This document shows positions 12,526 through 24,689 of a stretch of DNA of 64,000 nt, piece by piece. Source of the stretch: Leucoraja erinacea. Lineage: Eukaryota. Under the pieces are notes generated by a model. That model had not been told where the DNA came from and did no database searches. It was given only the letters and a program-made list of their open reading frames with translations. The first letter of the stretch is position 1; each line of letters starts with the position of its first letter. The stretch lies in contig NC_073405.1 in assembly GCF_028641065.1 (NCBI RefSeq), positions 12,090,001-12,154,000 on the forward strand. Direction: 5' to 3'. The position numbers were made by a program, and so were the translations under genes.

Positions 12526-13999
12526 CTGCAATGTTCGGTGTACCTTGAGTGAATTAAAGAGTCTATTCATGAGTCATATCATATTGGTGCTATCATGCAA
12601 ATTACATAACAAATGACAAGCTGCTTTTGGTTTGTTCTGAGTTGGGAAGATTTGTTAACTAATTATGCTATAAAATCATACATAGTGGCATTTAGCAGAC
12701 TTTTGGATAAGCACGTGGATATGCAGGGAATGGAGGGATATGGATGTGGAGCAGATAAGGATTGGTCTTGGGATCATGTTCAGCACAGACATAGTAGGCC
12801 GAAGGGCATGGTCCTGTGCTGTACGGTTCCATGTTCTATTTTCTATGTTCTAAAACCAATAACATCACCACTGTATGACTAGCAACCATCTTTCAGTACA
12901 TAAAGCGCTGGAGTAACTCAGCGGTTCAGACAACATCTCTGGAGAACATGGATAGGTGACGTTTTGAGTCGGGATCCTTCTTCAGACCGAAGATCCTCCC
13001 CGCTGAGTTATTCCAGCACTTTGTGTTTTTTTTTGTCAATCAACACCTGCAATTCCTCATGTCTCCATGTTCTCCAGAAACGCTGGTCGATCCTTGTTCT
13101 CCAGTAAACGTTGCCTGACCTGCTGAGTTACTCCAGCACTTTGTTTTTTTTTGTACACCAGCACCTGCACTTCATTGTGACATCCTGGGCAGTGGGCACT
13201 TCCTGGTCCTATGCCAGGGTGCCAGTGCCCCACTGGGTGTAGAAGCTTCTAGAAAACTGGGCTGAACAGAGTCCTGCCTGCAATAGACCTGCCCAAATTT
13301 CTCTCTTACCAATTTAAATTGAGAAACAAATAACTCAGAGTCTTATTCTCCCGACACACTCACTTACGCAATCATCTTTTAGCCTGGCAGTCAGGAAAGT
13401 CGCCTTGTATCTTTGCGAGGCTGGGCTGGCTAAAGAGTCAAGTTGGCAGTGTTGGTGGAGGTGTCAGCGTACAGACTAAATATTGCATCACCATTAATCT
13501 CATCAACACTCTCCCAGGGCTTTTTCCTCATCCTTTGCCAATTACCTCGGAGCCAAGAATCCCCAACCCTGGATTTTTGGCAGCTCCTGACCAAACTCTT
13601 CACCGATAGAACGTGCAATTAGTTTTTTTCTATCTCTCGGGCCTGCTTCCTATGTGTAAATAAGGCTGTTTGTGCTGAATTGTTCGCAGAGCGAACGCCC
13701 AGCACAAGGCCTTTGCCACGTCCCACCTACGTCCCGATGCTGCAAAGAATTTCGGACGCAGCAAATTAATTGCAAACTAGAGACAGTGTGTTCCAATTTA
13801 TCTTGGCACTCACTCGGCAGACTTGGAATCCAAACCATGCAGCTGGTATGTTTGCAGTCCGAGAACGGACAAGGATAGGAACCATCCCCCCCCACTGAAA
13901 GGACACGTTTAAAAATAAAACGTATCTGCATCCGATTGTTTAAACTAGGGGCCGCGAATGAATACAGATTGCACAATCCTATTGGAAAACTCGGCCCAT

Positions 14000-14305
14000 T
14001 AGTTCAGCTTAGTTTAGAGATACAGCATGGAAACGGGCCCGTCTGCCCATCGAGCCCGCGCCGACCATCGACAGTCCGTTCACACTAGTTCTATGTTATC
14101 CCACAACTGGGGCACTTTTACAGAGAGCCAATTAACCTACAAACTCGCACGTCTTTGTGATCTGGGAGGAAACAGGAGCACCCGGGACAAACCCCATGCG
14201 GTCACAGGGAGAACGTGCAAACTCCACCTACAGACAGCACCCAAGATCAAAAGGAATGGACCTGGTTTTCTGGCATCGTGAGGCAGCAGCTCAACTGCTG
14301 TGCCT
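14000..14305 (-). mobile_element. HE1-like V-SINE
   Basis: Tail ttagtttagagatacagcatggaaac, core gggaggaaac, degenerate head. Confidence 0.8.
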
Positions 14306-14514
14306 AGTTGAAATTACTGTTGCTAGTTTAAAACATATTCAATAGAGACTTTCCACAGCGCTAATACAGAGGAAAATGACAGGGCAGCATTTCTCTTGAC
14401 CTTTCCACTTTATATTTCGAAGTGCTCTGTGTGCAAAATCAACTCAAATGCTGATTATGACACTGGGAATAAAAAGGTTGTGCTTCCAACACAGGCTGAC
14501 CGTGGTACAAAAAA

Positions 14515-15110
14515 TGACACAACGCTCTGAGCTAACTCAGTGGGTCAGGCAGCATCTCTGGAGAACATGCATGGTGACCCTTCTTTAGACTTATTGTGGT
14601 GGGGAGAGAGGTGGTGGGGGGGGGGGGGGGGGTGGGATGAAAGCTCCAAGTGAGGAGGGGCAGGACGAAGCCTGGCAGTGATAGGTGGATACGGGTGGGG
14701 GGGGGGGGGGGGGGGCGGTTGATAGGCAGATGGTTAGGTCAGAACATGGTCAAAGAGCAGGGGAGCCCAAGTAATCACAGAGGGGGGATTGTGCAAGGGG
14801 GTCTCACAGAACTGTTGCAGAGAGGAGGAAAACTTCTTCAAAGAAGGCATTTCTTGAGGAGATTTTGCAGTGGAGCATTAAAAAGGAGACACAAGATTAT
14901 TTAAAATAATCTATAATAATCTGTAATAAACTACAGATGCTGGTTTACAAAGAAAGACGCAAAGAGTTGGAGTAACTCAGCGGGTCAGGCAGCATCTCTG
15001 GAGAACGGATAGGTGATGAATCGCATCGAGACCCTTCTTCAGACTGATTGTGGTGGGGAGGGGGGGGAGAGGGGGGGGAAGATAGCTAGATGAGAGGAGG
15101 GGCAGGTTAA
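14515..15110 (-). mobile_element. PLE partial tandem: terminus, putative ORF start, second terminus
   Basis: Two direct terminal repeats (15110-14930 and 14750-14515) flank a segment reading atgccttctttgaagaagttttcctcctctctg on the minus strand. That segment is also seen at 17893-17985 on the plus strand. Confidence 0.6.
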
Positions 15111-15329
15111 AGCTGGGCCAATTGTGTGCATGGCCTGAGCATGTGGCTGGTCAAACACTTTGGACAACAGTTCTAAGAGAAAGACGGGACTGACAGATGT
15201 CTTAAAGAGGAGTGGGAAGGCAACAAACCTCCTCTTAACGTTTCAGAAGTACGCTAGAATATTTCCGTTCCAGAGACACCGTGCGTAAGATGTGGACATT
15301 AAGGCTCCACTCCTGGCAAATAATTTCCT

Positions 15330-16100
15330 TTGATTTTGACAAAGAAAAGAATGATTTTTTTTCCAAAGAAAAATAATCTATCTTACTCTTTGGAGGAAAT
15401 CTAGCTTTGCCCAGAATTTAGTATAAATGTATATTTTTTTATTCATTTAATAAATATTTTTTACAATTTTGTCTAGAAAGAATAAACATTCTTTCTTTCT
15501 GGACAAAATTGTAAAAAATATTTATTAAATGAATAAAATGTATCATTCTTTCTTATACATCAGTACAAATCTAAATGTATTTAGAGTTTAGAATTAACTG
15601 AAATACATTTTATTTCATAAATAAATATTTTTATAATTTTGTCAAGAAAGAATGATCATTTCCAAAAGAAATTTCGCTTCTAAATTTATTTATAATTTGA
15701 AATAAATTTAATTATATGATATTAATATTTCAATAATAAAATTATTAATATTTAAATTATATTTATTTATTAATGAATAATACATTATAATTATTATTTT
15801 ATAATTTTGTCAAGAAAGAATAATCTTTATTTCCTATTCTTAAGAAGAAATCTAAATTTCTTCAACATTTATTTAGAATAAATTTAAATAATTTAATAAT
15901 AAATATATTTCAATAAATAAATCATTTTTGCTTTTATGATTTTGTCAAGAAAGACAACTTTCTTTTATTCTTTAGAGGAAATCTAAATTTCATCTAGATT
16001 AATTTCATCTAGAATAAATTTAACTAAATGTTATTTATTTAATAAATTAATAGATAGTGATTAGTATTTTTATAATAAACAATAAAACATTATTTTATCC
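15330..16100. repeat. AT-rich degenerate minisatellite with an internal inverted copy
   Basis: attttgtc(a/t)agaaaga recurs at ~15466, 15636, 15804 and 15939, each followed by an aaatctaaat-like motif. Inverted arms lie at ~15437-15482 and ~15493-15538. Confidence 0.8.
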
Positions 16101-17034
16101 AAATTGTACACGTTGAATTATTTGCAAAGTTACTGGCCTCAAAATTATCTTCCACAAAATGTCTGGTGGGTTTCAATGTAACTTTTTAAACAAAATATCA
16201 AACAATAAGCTTTCACGGTTAAATTAAATTGAATTTTGAACATCTAATAAATATTATACACAGGGTCTAGAAGAACAAAGTTACAATATAAGCAAGGGCT
16301 ACTGGTTTATCAAAGTTAACCTACAGGTAATAATTCAGTGACCAATAACCAGGTCAGTTTCTGTACACGGCCTGTACACAGAGTCTCACTCACTGGGTAC
16401 GGATATCAAAGAGCAGCTTTAACGTGCTAAATAATCTGCAAATAACCCACAGCCTTTCCTTTAACATGTTTGTAGAGCACAGATTTCCAGAGCAATATGT
16501 CATCGTTTAATTATGCCATGTAAACATCTTGTTTATTAAAAAGTTGAACATTATATGCAGGCGTAGCCAAAGTGATGAAACAATCTCTACCTGCAGAGCT
16601 TAATGAATAAACTGAGAAAAGAAATTACATTTTATTGAATGACAAAGTCTGAGGTATAATAATATAATTGCAGGCCTTGCAATAAGCCGTAAATGGCAAG
16701 AATGAAACCAGAGAGAATTATGTTCCTTTTTTAAACCCACATTTAGATTGGAGGCTGAAATGCGTTTCTGATTGCTGTTGTTATAAAATATAAGACTCCA
16801 TTTCTTTGTCGGTGACAGTTATATTCTCCGTGTAGGTAACTGAAGGTAACGGATCTCCCGGAGCCGATGGTTGTGACCAGACCTGCCCTGGCCATGTCCT
16901 CATCTTGCTGCTAGCATCGGGAAGAAGGGACAGGAGTCTCAGAACCATCTCCTTAAGGTCAAGAACAGCCTTCTCCCATCCACCAACAGACTCTTGAACC
17001 ACCCTGCACAACCCTGACCACAACCTTACTGCAG

Positions 17035-17327
17035 GGTGACACAGTGGCACAGCGAGGGGAGTTGCTGCCTCACAGCGCCAGAGACATGGGTTTGATCCTG
17101 ACCACAGGTGCTGTCTATACGGAGTTTGTACGTTTCCCTGGGACCACGTGGGTTTTCTCCAGGTGCTCTGGTTTCCACCCGCACTCCAAAGGTGTACAGG
17201 TTTGTAGGCTAATTGGCTTCTGTAAATGATCCTTTGTGTATAAAGTAGGACAAGTGTATGGGTAGTCGGCATGGACTCGGTGGGATGAAAGGCCTGTTCC
17301 CACGCTGCATTTCTAAACTAAACTAAA
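17035..17327 (+). mobile_element. HE1-like V-SINE inserted in a Rex1-type LINE tail
   Basis: Head gtgacacagtggcacagcg, ggtttgatcc, tail ctaaactaaactaaa. Rex1-type sequence lies on both sides (16880-17030 and 17330-17530). Confidence 0.85.
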
Positions 17328-17537
17328 TTGTGGACTTTATATAACGTTGCAGTAGTTACGGTCTGGTCACTTAGTACAACTGATAATAATTACTTTGTAT
17401 TATTGATTATTGCATATTTATTTGTGATGTTGATGTTGATGTTGATGTTTCGGTGCGTTAATGAGCCTGGAAAGTTGCAAAGTAACAAGCCTGGTCTCAG
17501 TGCAAATGACAATTAAACATGTCTGACTCAGTGTTGC

Positions 17538-17873
17538 TTAGGATGTGGTATAGCTGGCAAGCCCAGCATCTACGATCAACCCTGACTGCCCTCTGAACAG
17601 ACAAGCCTGTTGGGCCATCACAGAGAATATTCATGAGTCAACCACATTGTTGGGGACTGGAGTCACATGTACGTTAGTTAATCAGATGGACTTCTATGGT
17701 GATCCACTCGTCTTGTGCTCACCATTGCGAAATAATTACTTGAAAAATAACATACCAACTGAATGCACGCACCACACAGCTGCTTGGCGGTATTGAAAAT
17801 TGTGTTGCTGGGTTATTGGCTGAGGTTTCTGGGCTACTTATAGCAGCATCTTAACCACAATGCTACCATCACC
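17538..17873 (-). mobile_element. Old, diverged tRNA-derived SINE of a second family
   Basis: The plus-strand blocks ggatgtgg..gctggcaagcccagcat and gagtcaaccacattg..ctggagtcacatgta, and the end taaccacaatgctaccatc, match an older elasmobranch SINE as I recall it. The family name is not certain. Confidence 0.55.
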
Positions 17874-18866
17874 ATGTCCACAGTCTATTTTGACTGCTCC
17901 AAATCTCTGAGAAATCTCCTCGAGGTGTGCCTACTTCTTCAAAGTTCTCCTCTCCGTGACGAGAGTTCTGTGAGACCCTCTCACTGCTACCTATTACCAC
18001 GCTTTGTCCTGCCACTCCCCTTTTCCAGCCCTCTTCCGCCCTCTACCCCCCCCCCCCCCATCACCTACAATCAGTGTGAAGAAGGATCTCGACCCAAAGC
18101 ATCACCGATCCATGCTCTTCAGAGAGTGCTGCCTGACCCGCTGAGTTACTCCAGCATTTTCTGTCTATCTTTGACTTCAATTATTTATTGGGTGTTACTT
18201 GCTGTATTTTATACAGCTGTAACACTTCTGATTAACCCCATCCCTTTCTACAAAACACAAAGTGCTGGAGGATCTCAGTGGCTCAAGCAGCATCTGTGGA
18301 GGGAACGGATTTGCGATGTTTTGGGTTGGGACATTTCTCAGTCTGAAGAAGGTTCGGTGCCCTTTATGTCCTGTTGTGCATTAACCAGCATTTGTAGTTC
18401 TTTGTTTCTCCCCAATCCTTCCGCTTCTTTACACAACTTCAATTCCAGTCACTTGCCCACGGTTCATAGAGTCAGAGACATGCAGCATAGAAACAGGTCC
18501 TTCGGCCCACTACATCCATGCGGCCCATCTATACTAATGCTACTTTCCTGAAGTTGGCCAGTAGCCTTCCATGCCTGGGTGATTCAGGTGTTCACCCAGA
18601 TACTTTTTAAATCTTGTGAAAGAGCTACCTCCACCAATGGGCTGAAGGGCCTGTTTTCATGCTGTATGGCTCTATGACTCTTGTGTCTCTATGTTGGTTA
18701 TCAGCGAACATTTAACAGTACGCCCCAGGAACAGATTCTTCGGCCCTTAAGGTCTGTGCCAAACAGGCTGCCAAGTGAAACTCATCTTCAACACCACTAT
18801 CTTATCTGCCTCCCCCCTCACTCACCACCCCCTGTGAAAAAAAAACCTGCCCCTCACATCTTTCAA

Positions 18867-19085
18867 TAGACACAAATAGCTGGATTAATGCAGCAGGACA
18901 GGCAGCATCTCTGGAGAGAAGGAATAAAGCCTGAAGAAGGGTCTCGACCCGAAAAGTCACCCATTCCTTCTCTCCAGATATGCTGCCTGTCTGGAGAGCC
19001 CGTCTGCCTGCCTGTCCCACTGACTTACTCCACCTTTTCGTGTCTATCTTCGGTTTAAACCAGCATCTGCAGTTCCTTCCTACTA
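18867..19085. mobile_element. Palindromic PLE terminus inserted into a CR1 fragment
   Basis: Inverted arms around ctgaagaagggtctcgacccgaaa. ctttcaa is duplicated at 18860-18866 and 19086-19092. Confidence 0.75.
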
Positions 19086-19524
19086 CTTTCAACTTTCCCT
19101 CTCTCACCTCTAGTCTTTGACATTTCCACCCTGGGGAAAAGGTTCTGTCTACCTTATATATGCCTCTCATACTTTTATAGACTTCGGTGAAGCACCATGG
19201 CACAACGCACTTAATTCTGACGAAGCGTCACTGAATTAAAACACTAATTCGTTTTCTCTTTCCACAGATGCTGCCTGACTTGCTGAGTGTTCCCAGCACT
19301 TGCTGTGTTTTTATTTTTGTTATAAACTCAAGCTGATGTTGTTGTTGACAGGAGCTTTGGTGAATGATCTCCAGGGAATCTGTGAGAGGATTGGAGAATC
19401 TTAAATCGTGCCATCTCCAGACGCGGGATCAGTCTGTACCGAACCAGGTAATGAGGTTTGACTCTCAGCTGTGACTTGGGTAAGGCCTTCACCATTCTCT
19501 GATATTTAAAAAATTGCCTTGCCA

Positions 19525-20155
19525 TTAAACTTTCTCCCTCTCACCTTATAGCGATGCCCTCTGGTGTTGGAAATCTCCACACTCGGGGAAATAGGTTCTG
19601 ACTGTCTACCCTATCTGTGCCTGTCAACATTTTATTTACTCCTACCAAGTCTCCCCACAACCTCCGACATTCCAGAGAAAACAGTCCAAGTCTATCCAAC
19701 TTCTCACTGTAGCTGAAACCCTCAGATCCAGGCAACATTCTGGTGAACCTCCTCTGCACAACACATAGAGCACAACACATAGAACAGTACAGCACTGGAT
19801 CAGCCCCCTGGGCAAACAATGTTTGTGCTGCATTAAATGTCAAGATAAACTAGCCCCATTTGCCTGCACATGATCCATGTCCTTCCATCCCTAGCATCTC
19901 CATATGCCTATGTAAAAACCTCTTAAAAGCCACTATCGTATCTGTAATTAGAAGACAGATACGGCAGCGATGTTTAAGCCTTAAATAGACACATGGAGGC
20001 AGCACATTCCAGGCACCCACCATCCTCTGTGTGAAATACACATCTCCTTTAAACTTTCCCCCTCTCACCTTAAAACGATGCCCTCTAGTCTTTGACATTT
20101 CCACCCTATTTCTGCCCTACCGATGTTGTTCATAATTCTATATACTTCTATATAA
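19525..20155 (-). mobile_element. Two adjacent CR1-like LINE fragments
   Basis: VQRRFTRMLPGSEGFSYSEKLDRLGLFSLECRRLWGDL... and EMSKTRGHRFKVRGGKFKGD...FTQRMVGAWN. Confidence 0.85.
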
Positions 20156-20159
20156 TTGT

Positions 20160-20384
20160 ATCTGATGGACTGACTCTGGACTCTGGTCCTGTCCACGGGG
20201 GGGAAATGGAGGAGGACTGGCCAAATGTTTGTGCCTTCCACCACAGTGATGAATGCTGTGGTGGATGTTTGTGTTACATTTTTTATTGTGGTTGTGTGTT
20301 CTTTATTATTGTATCGCTGCTGACAACCCAAATTCCACCAGCCTGGCTGCGTGGTCATTAAAATACAATACAATACAATACAAT
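20160..20384 (+). mobile_element. Non-LTR retroposon 3' end with a (caata)n tail
   Basis: T-rich 3' UTR, aaattccacc...gtggtcattaaa hairpin-like end, then tacaatacaatacaatacaat. Confidence 0.55.
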
Positions 20385-21689
20385 CTACTTCTGTGCGGTT
20401 GTACCTCTGCTGCGTTACTGAGACGATAAGCCTCTATCTGAATCTATCTCCCATTAAATAATCATCTTACTGCTGCCACATCACCAGCTGGGGAACAGTT
20501 CAGCCGCGCTCACCCCGAGAGGTTGCTGCTTTACTTCACGTTTGGCTGGGCTGTGTCAGATCTGCAGGAAATGTCAGAGGAAGTGTCGCTGGAAGGAAGA
20601 GTCCTGGCTTCATTGTGCTGCCTTGACACTGCACAAGTGGCAGTCACACCACTCTCCACCAAACCAGACACACACTCAGTACCCTCACACAGTGCCAATG
20701 ACCAAACATTGCCCCTTCTTACAATAATCCTTTTCTGTTTGCCTCACCACCACCACCACCACCCCCCCTCCCCCCCCACCCACACACTTAGACCGACTAT
20801 GCAATTTGCTTTTAGCACTTGTTCATAAAAGCTCTGTGCAGCCTGCCTTCAAGTGATATCTCTCAGGCCAGCTGGCAAAAGAGGTCGATGCGGACTTTCA
20901 GTTTATTTGTAACTGGCAATGCATTCTTCATATCACCAGCAACAGCAGAGCATCAACACAGAAGGCCTTGCCAATAGAATTACATTAAAACACAGGCCCT
21001 TGCATTCACTGATAAAGATGAAAATACAGCATTTTATATAACAATGTTAAAAAAATGAACTAATTGACAACGCATTTAGGATCAGTAATAAACATGCCCA
21101 AAACAACACACAGCTGCGTGGCTGGCTTTTGAAGTGTTTTTGGATGCTCCTGCGATATAACCATAACTCATTTGACACATAGGAGAGAATGCAGGCTTCC
21201 ATTACTCCCTTCCATAGTTTGAAGAGTCCTGACCCGAAACGCCGCCTGACCCGCTGGGTTACTTGTTTGTTGCTTGTGATTCCAACGCCTGCAGTTCCTT
21301 GTGTCTCCACTTTATCATCTGGTGGCCTCCACACTTCACGATTCAACCCATCAGTCATTTCCGAGGACGTTGTTTAAACATAATTTGTCTCCGTCAGTCA
21401 GGGCACCTTCGCTGACACACGGAGGAGGGCAGCCCGAGGGGGGTCAGGATAGCGCAATTAATTTGGAGTTGAACCTGAGCTTCCTAAGCCGACACTGGCA
21501 ATGTTTAACCCGGCTCATATCACTTTGGTGAAATTTTAAAACATCTTGAGCTTCACAATGCAATTTTTCACACAATGTAATCTGAATGTGAATTCTGGCA
21601 TCAAGGCAGTGGAATGAAGGCCAGGAATTTTCCTCGTGGGAAGAGGGGAAAAAGTGAGCACAAAGTCTCAGAACTGCTCGTGCAAAACG

Positions 21690-22045
21690 CCAGTTTAGCT
21701 TTATTATTGTCATGTGTACCACAGTATAACATGTATTAGCTTGAATCATTCTGATCATCCACTGATTTAGCATTAGTGTTTAATTTACACATTGTCATAT
21801 GTACAGTGAAAAGTTTTGTTTTGCATGCTATCCAAACCGATCAGATAATACCATACATAAATACAATCAAATCAAACTCAAGTATAATAGACAGAGCAAA
21901 GGGGGAGATACAGAGTGCAGAATATAGTTCTCAGCATTGTAGCGCATCAGTTCCAGAGGTAGAGGTGAATCGGACAGTACCCTTGCTTATGGAAGGACCA
22001 TTGGGAAGCCTGATAACAGAGGGGGAGATGATGTTCCTGAGCCTC
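21690..22045 (-). mobile_element. Rex1/Babar-derived 3' tail
   Basis: Antisense ...FPSVIRLPNG motif and a cactgtac..atgacaat terminal motif. A related copy lies at 22250-22440. Confidence 0.62.
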
Positions 22046-22788
22046 TTTGGAACAGAGAATTGCAGATGCTGGAATCTCAAATAAAACACAAACTGCTGGA
22101 GGACCCCACGTGTCAAGCAGCATCTGTGAAGGAAATGGACATACGGTGTTTTGGATCGGGACCCTTCTTCGGACTCTGAGGGTGAGTGAGGTGAAAGAGA
22201 CACAAATCAAAAAATGAAAACTTTTAATTCAAGAGGCAGAATGTAATTCTATTTAGGTTTAGGTTTATTATTGTCACGTGCACCGAGATACAGTGAAGAG
22301 CTTTGTTTTGCATGCTATATTAGCAGATCAGATATACTGTACATGAATGCCATCATCAAATTCGAGTACAATAGGTAGAACAAAGGTGAAAATCGAGTGC
22401 AGAATATAGTTCTCAGCATTGTAGCGCATCAGTTCCATAGAGAGTGCTGGAGGAACTCAGCAGGTAATGGACAGTTGACGTTTCAGGTTGGGACCCCTTT
22501 CTTCAGAACTGCTCTTGTATAGCTGGCGCATTGGGAGGTGGAGATCGGAGTAACATCGGTAAAGTCCCCGTAAACGGGTTGCTGGGCGAAGAGCGTCCAC
22601 TAATAGTAAATTCAAAAATAGAACGTCTAATTTTTCAAGAGTGAAATGGAGAACAACCGTTTGTGCATCACTTGAGAAATTCGACCAGCATCTTCCTGAC
22701 ATGAACTCTCGGCTGACACTATTTTCAGACTAGGTGACTAGAACAGGGAACAGCGCAGCACTTTATCAGGCCCTACGGCCCGCAACAT

Positions 22789-22848
22789 CCGTGCCGAACA
22801 TTTACCGTGCCGAACATTTACCGTGCCGAACATTTACCGTGCCGAGCA
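22789..22848 (+). repeat. 16-bp tandem repeat (ccgtgccgaacattta) x3.7 inside a CR1 tail
   Basis: Three perfect units plus a partial unit, read directly. Confidence 0.95.
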
Positions 22849-23374
22849 AGGTAAACGAACCACCTCTGCCTGCACGAGATCCATATCCCTTCATTGCCTG
22901 CATGTCCACATGCCTGTCTAAAAGCCTCTTAAACACCACCATCATATCGGCTTCGCTATTAGCCCTGGCAGTGCGTTCCAGGCATCCACCACCCTCTGTG
23001 TAAAAAAGGTTTCCCAACACATCTCCTTTAAACTTTGTCCCTCTCACCTTAAACCTACTGTATGCCTCCTTAAAGTCGAATGGGGCATATGATGATGCGA
23101 TATCCGAGCCAATATGTGGACCAATATGTGGACCATGTCTGTGATGTCTCTCTGTTTAACTGTGCCTACGTACTGATTTCGCACCCCTACACTCTACTGC
23201 CAGTGTCCAGAATCTGAATCCCGCCTACCCAACCACTAGAGTCTCGACTTCCGGCACCATCCACTCACACTGTCACCCATCTGCCAATTTCTGGACCCTT
23301 CACCCGTCATCATCTGACCTGCCAGACATCAGTGCCATCTTTGCCAGCCCACTTTGGACAGGTGCACCCCATCT

Positions 23375-23560
23375 CATAGAAACATAGAAAATAGGTGCAG
23401 GAGTAGGCCATTCGGCCCTTCGAGCCTGCACCGCCATTCAATATGATCATGGCTGATCATCCAACAGTATCCCATCCCTGCCTTCTCTCCATACCCCCTG
23501 ATCCCTTTAGCCACAAGGGCCACATCCAACTCCCTCTTAAATATAGCCAATGAACCGGCC
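23375..23560 (-). mobile_element. Young CR1 3' end with a (tttctatg)n tail
   Basis: Nearly identical to 26927-27115. Reads SLAIFKRELDVALVAKGIRGY. Confidence 0.88.
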
Positions 23561-23934
23561 AACAGCAGTCATGGAGAGCACCTTCTCAAATCTGAAAAGA
23601 TGCAATGCCTAATCATTTGTAATGGGCAATGGGCAAGTAAAATCGAAAAACTAAAAGGTTTGTGAAGTCTGTGATACGCGGTGCTTCACAGAATAATCTT
23701 GGGCATGTGTGAAAAGCACAACTGAGTTAGAAGCCCATATTCTCAGCGGTGGAATTAAGTACACAGCTACCGCAGGCATGAAAAATAAACAACTCAATAA
23801 AATATTTTTCATTTGAACGAAGAGTCTGGTACATTCACATAAAATTCCAGCTCAACACTAAATACTATGGCAAGTTCTGACCAAATATTTTATCCTTTGT
23901 GTATGGGCCTAACGGGCACATTATTTCGAGTATG

Positions 23935-23937
<3 letters not shown>

Positions 23938-23969
<32 letters not shown>

Positions 23970-23980
23970 GGGGGGGGGGG
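23938..23980 (+). repeat. Poly-G tract
   Basis: About 43 nt of G with one T. Confidence 0.9.
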
Positions 23981-24099
23981 CTACCCTTACGATGAATAGA
24001 TTTATTAAGACTTGGTGTTTCACACTTGTTGATGCAACTTCCTTTTGTAGGTAGACAGGGAGGCTCTCTGGCCTTCACTCGTCAGGGAACTGTGTAAAG

Positions 24100-24650
24100 A
24101 AGTTGGGACATTTTTTTGCATTTGCGAGACTGCATTTGGAGCATTGCGTTCAGTTTTGCTGGAGAAAAGATGTTGTTAAGCTGGAAAGATTGCAGAGAAG
24201 ATTTACAAGGTTGTTACCAGGACTCAATGGCCTGAGCTATCGTGAGAGGTTGGGCAGGCTAGGACTTTATTCCACGGAGTGCAGCAGGAAGAGGGGTGAT
24301 CTTATAGAGGTGTATAAGATCATGAGTAGAATATGTTAGGTGAATGCACAAAGTCTTTTTAATGAGAGAACCATGCACTTGAAGGGAATATAAGGAAATA
24401 CAGATGCTGATTTACAAAAAAAGACATAAAGTGCTGGACTGGAGTAACTCAGTGGGTCAGGCAGCATCCCTGATGAAGTGATGTTTTGTTTCGGGACCCT
24501 TTCCCAAACTAAAGGCCCTCTAGAGTGTGTGGGTTTAAGGTGAGAGGGTAAAGATTTATTAGAAACCTGATGGGCAATCTTATCCACATGGAGTGTACTG
24601 GGTACATGGAACAAGCTGCCAGAGGAGGTAGTTCAGGCAGGTACAATAAA
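24100..24650 (+). mobile_element. CR1 ORF2 fragment interrupted by a PLE terminus
   Basis: RLHLEHCVQFCWRKDVVKLERLQRRFTRLLPGL..LSYRERLGRLGLYS..RGDLIEVYKIM. The PLE terminus is at ~24390-24505. Confidence 0.85.
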
Positions 24651-24689
24651 TTCTTGTATCACCAAAAAAACAGGAATGATGAAAACAGT

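Noticed and set aside
17874-18551. Longest ORF (225 aa) as a host gene
   Set aside because: It runs through PLE UTR and terminal repeats and a CR1 tail. No coherent protein domain.
19352-19447. Plus-strand exon candidate (gacag|...|gtaatg)
   Set aside because: Stop codons in all three frames.
22789-22848. CRISPR-like repeat
   Set aside because: Contiguous 16-bp units with no spacers, derived from a CR1 tail, in eukaryotic DNA with no cas genes.
23938-23980. Long G/C homopolymers as functional G-quadruplex loci
   Set aside because: Lengths are unreliable in assemblies and most lie in PLE UTRs. No locus-specific evidence.
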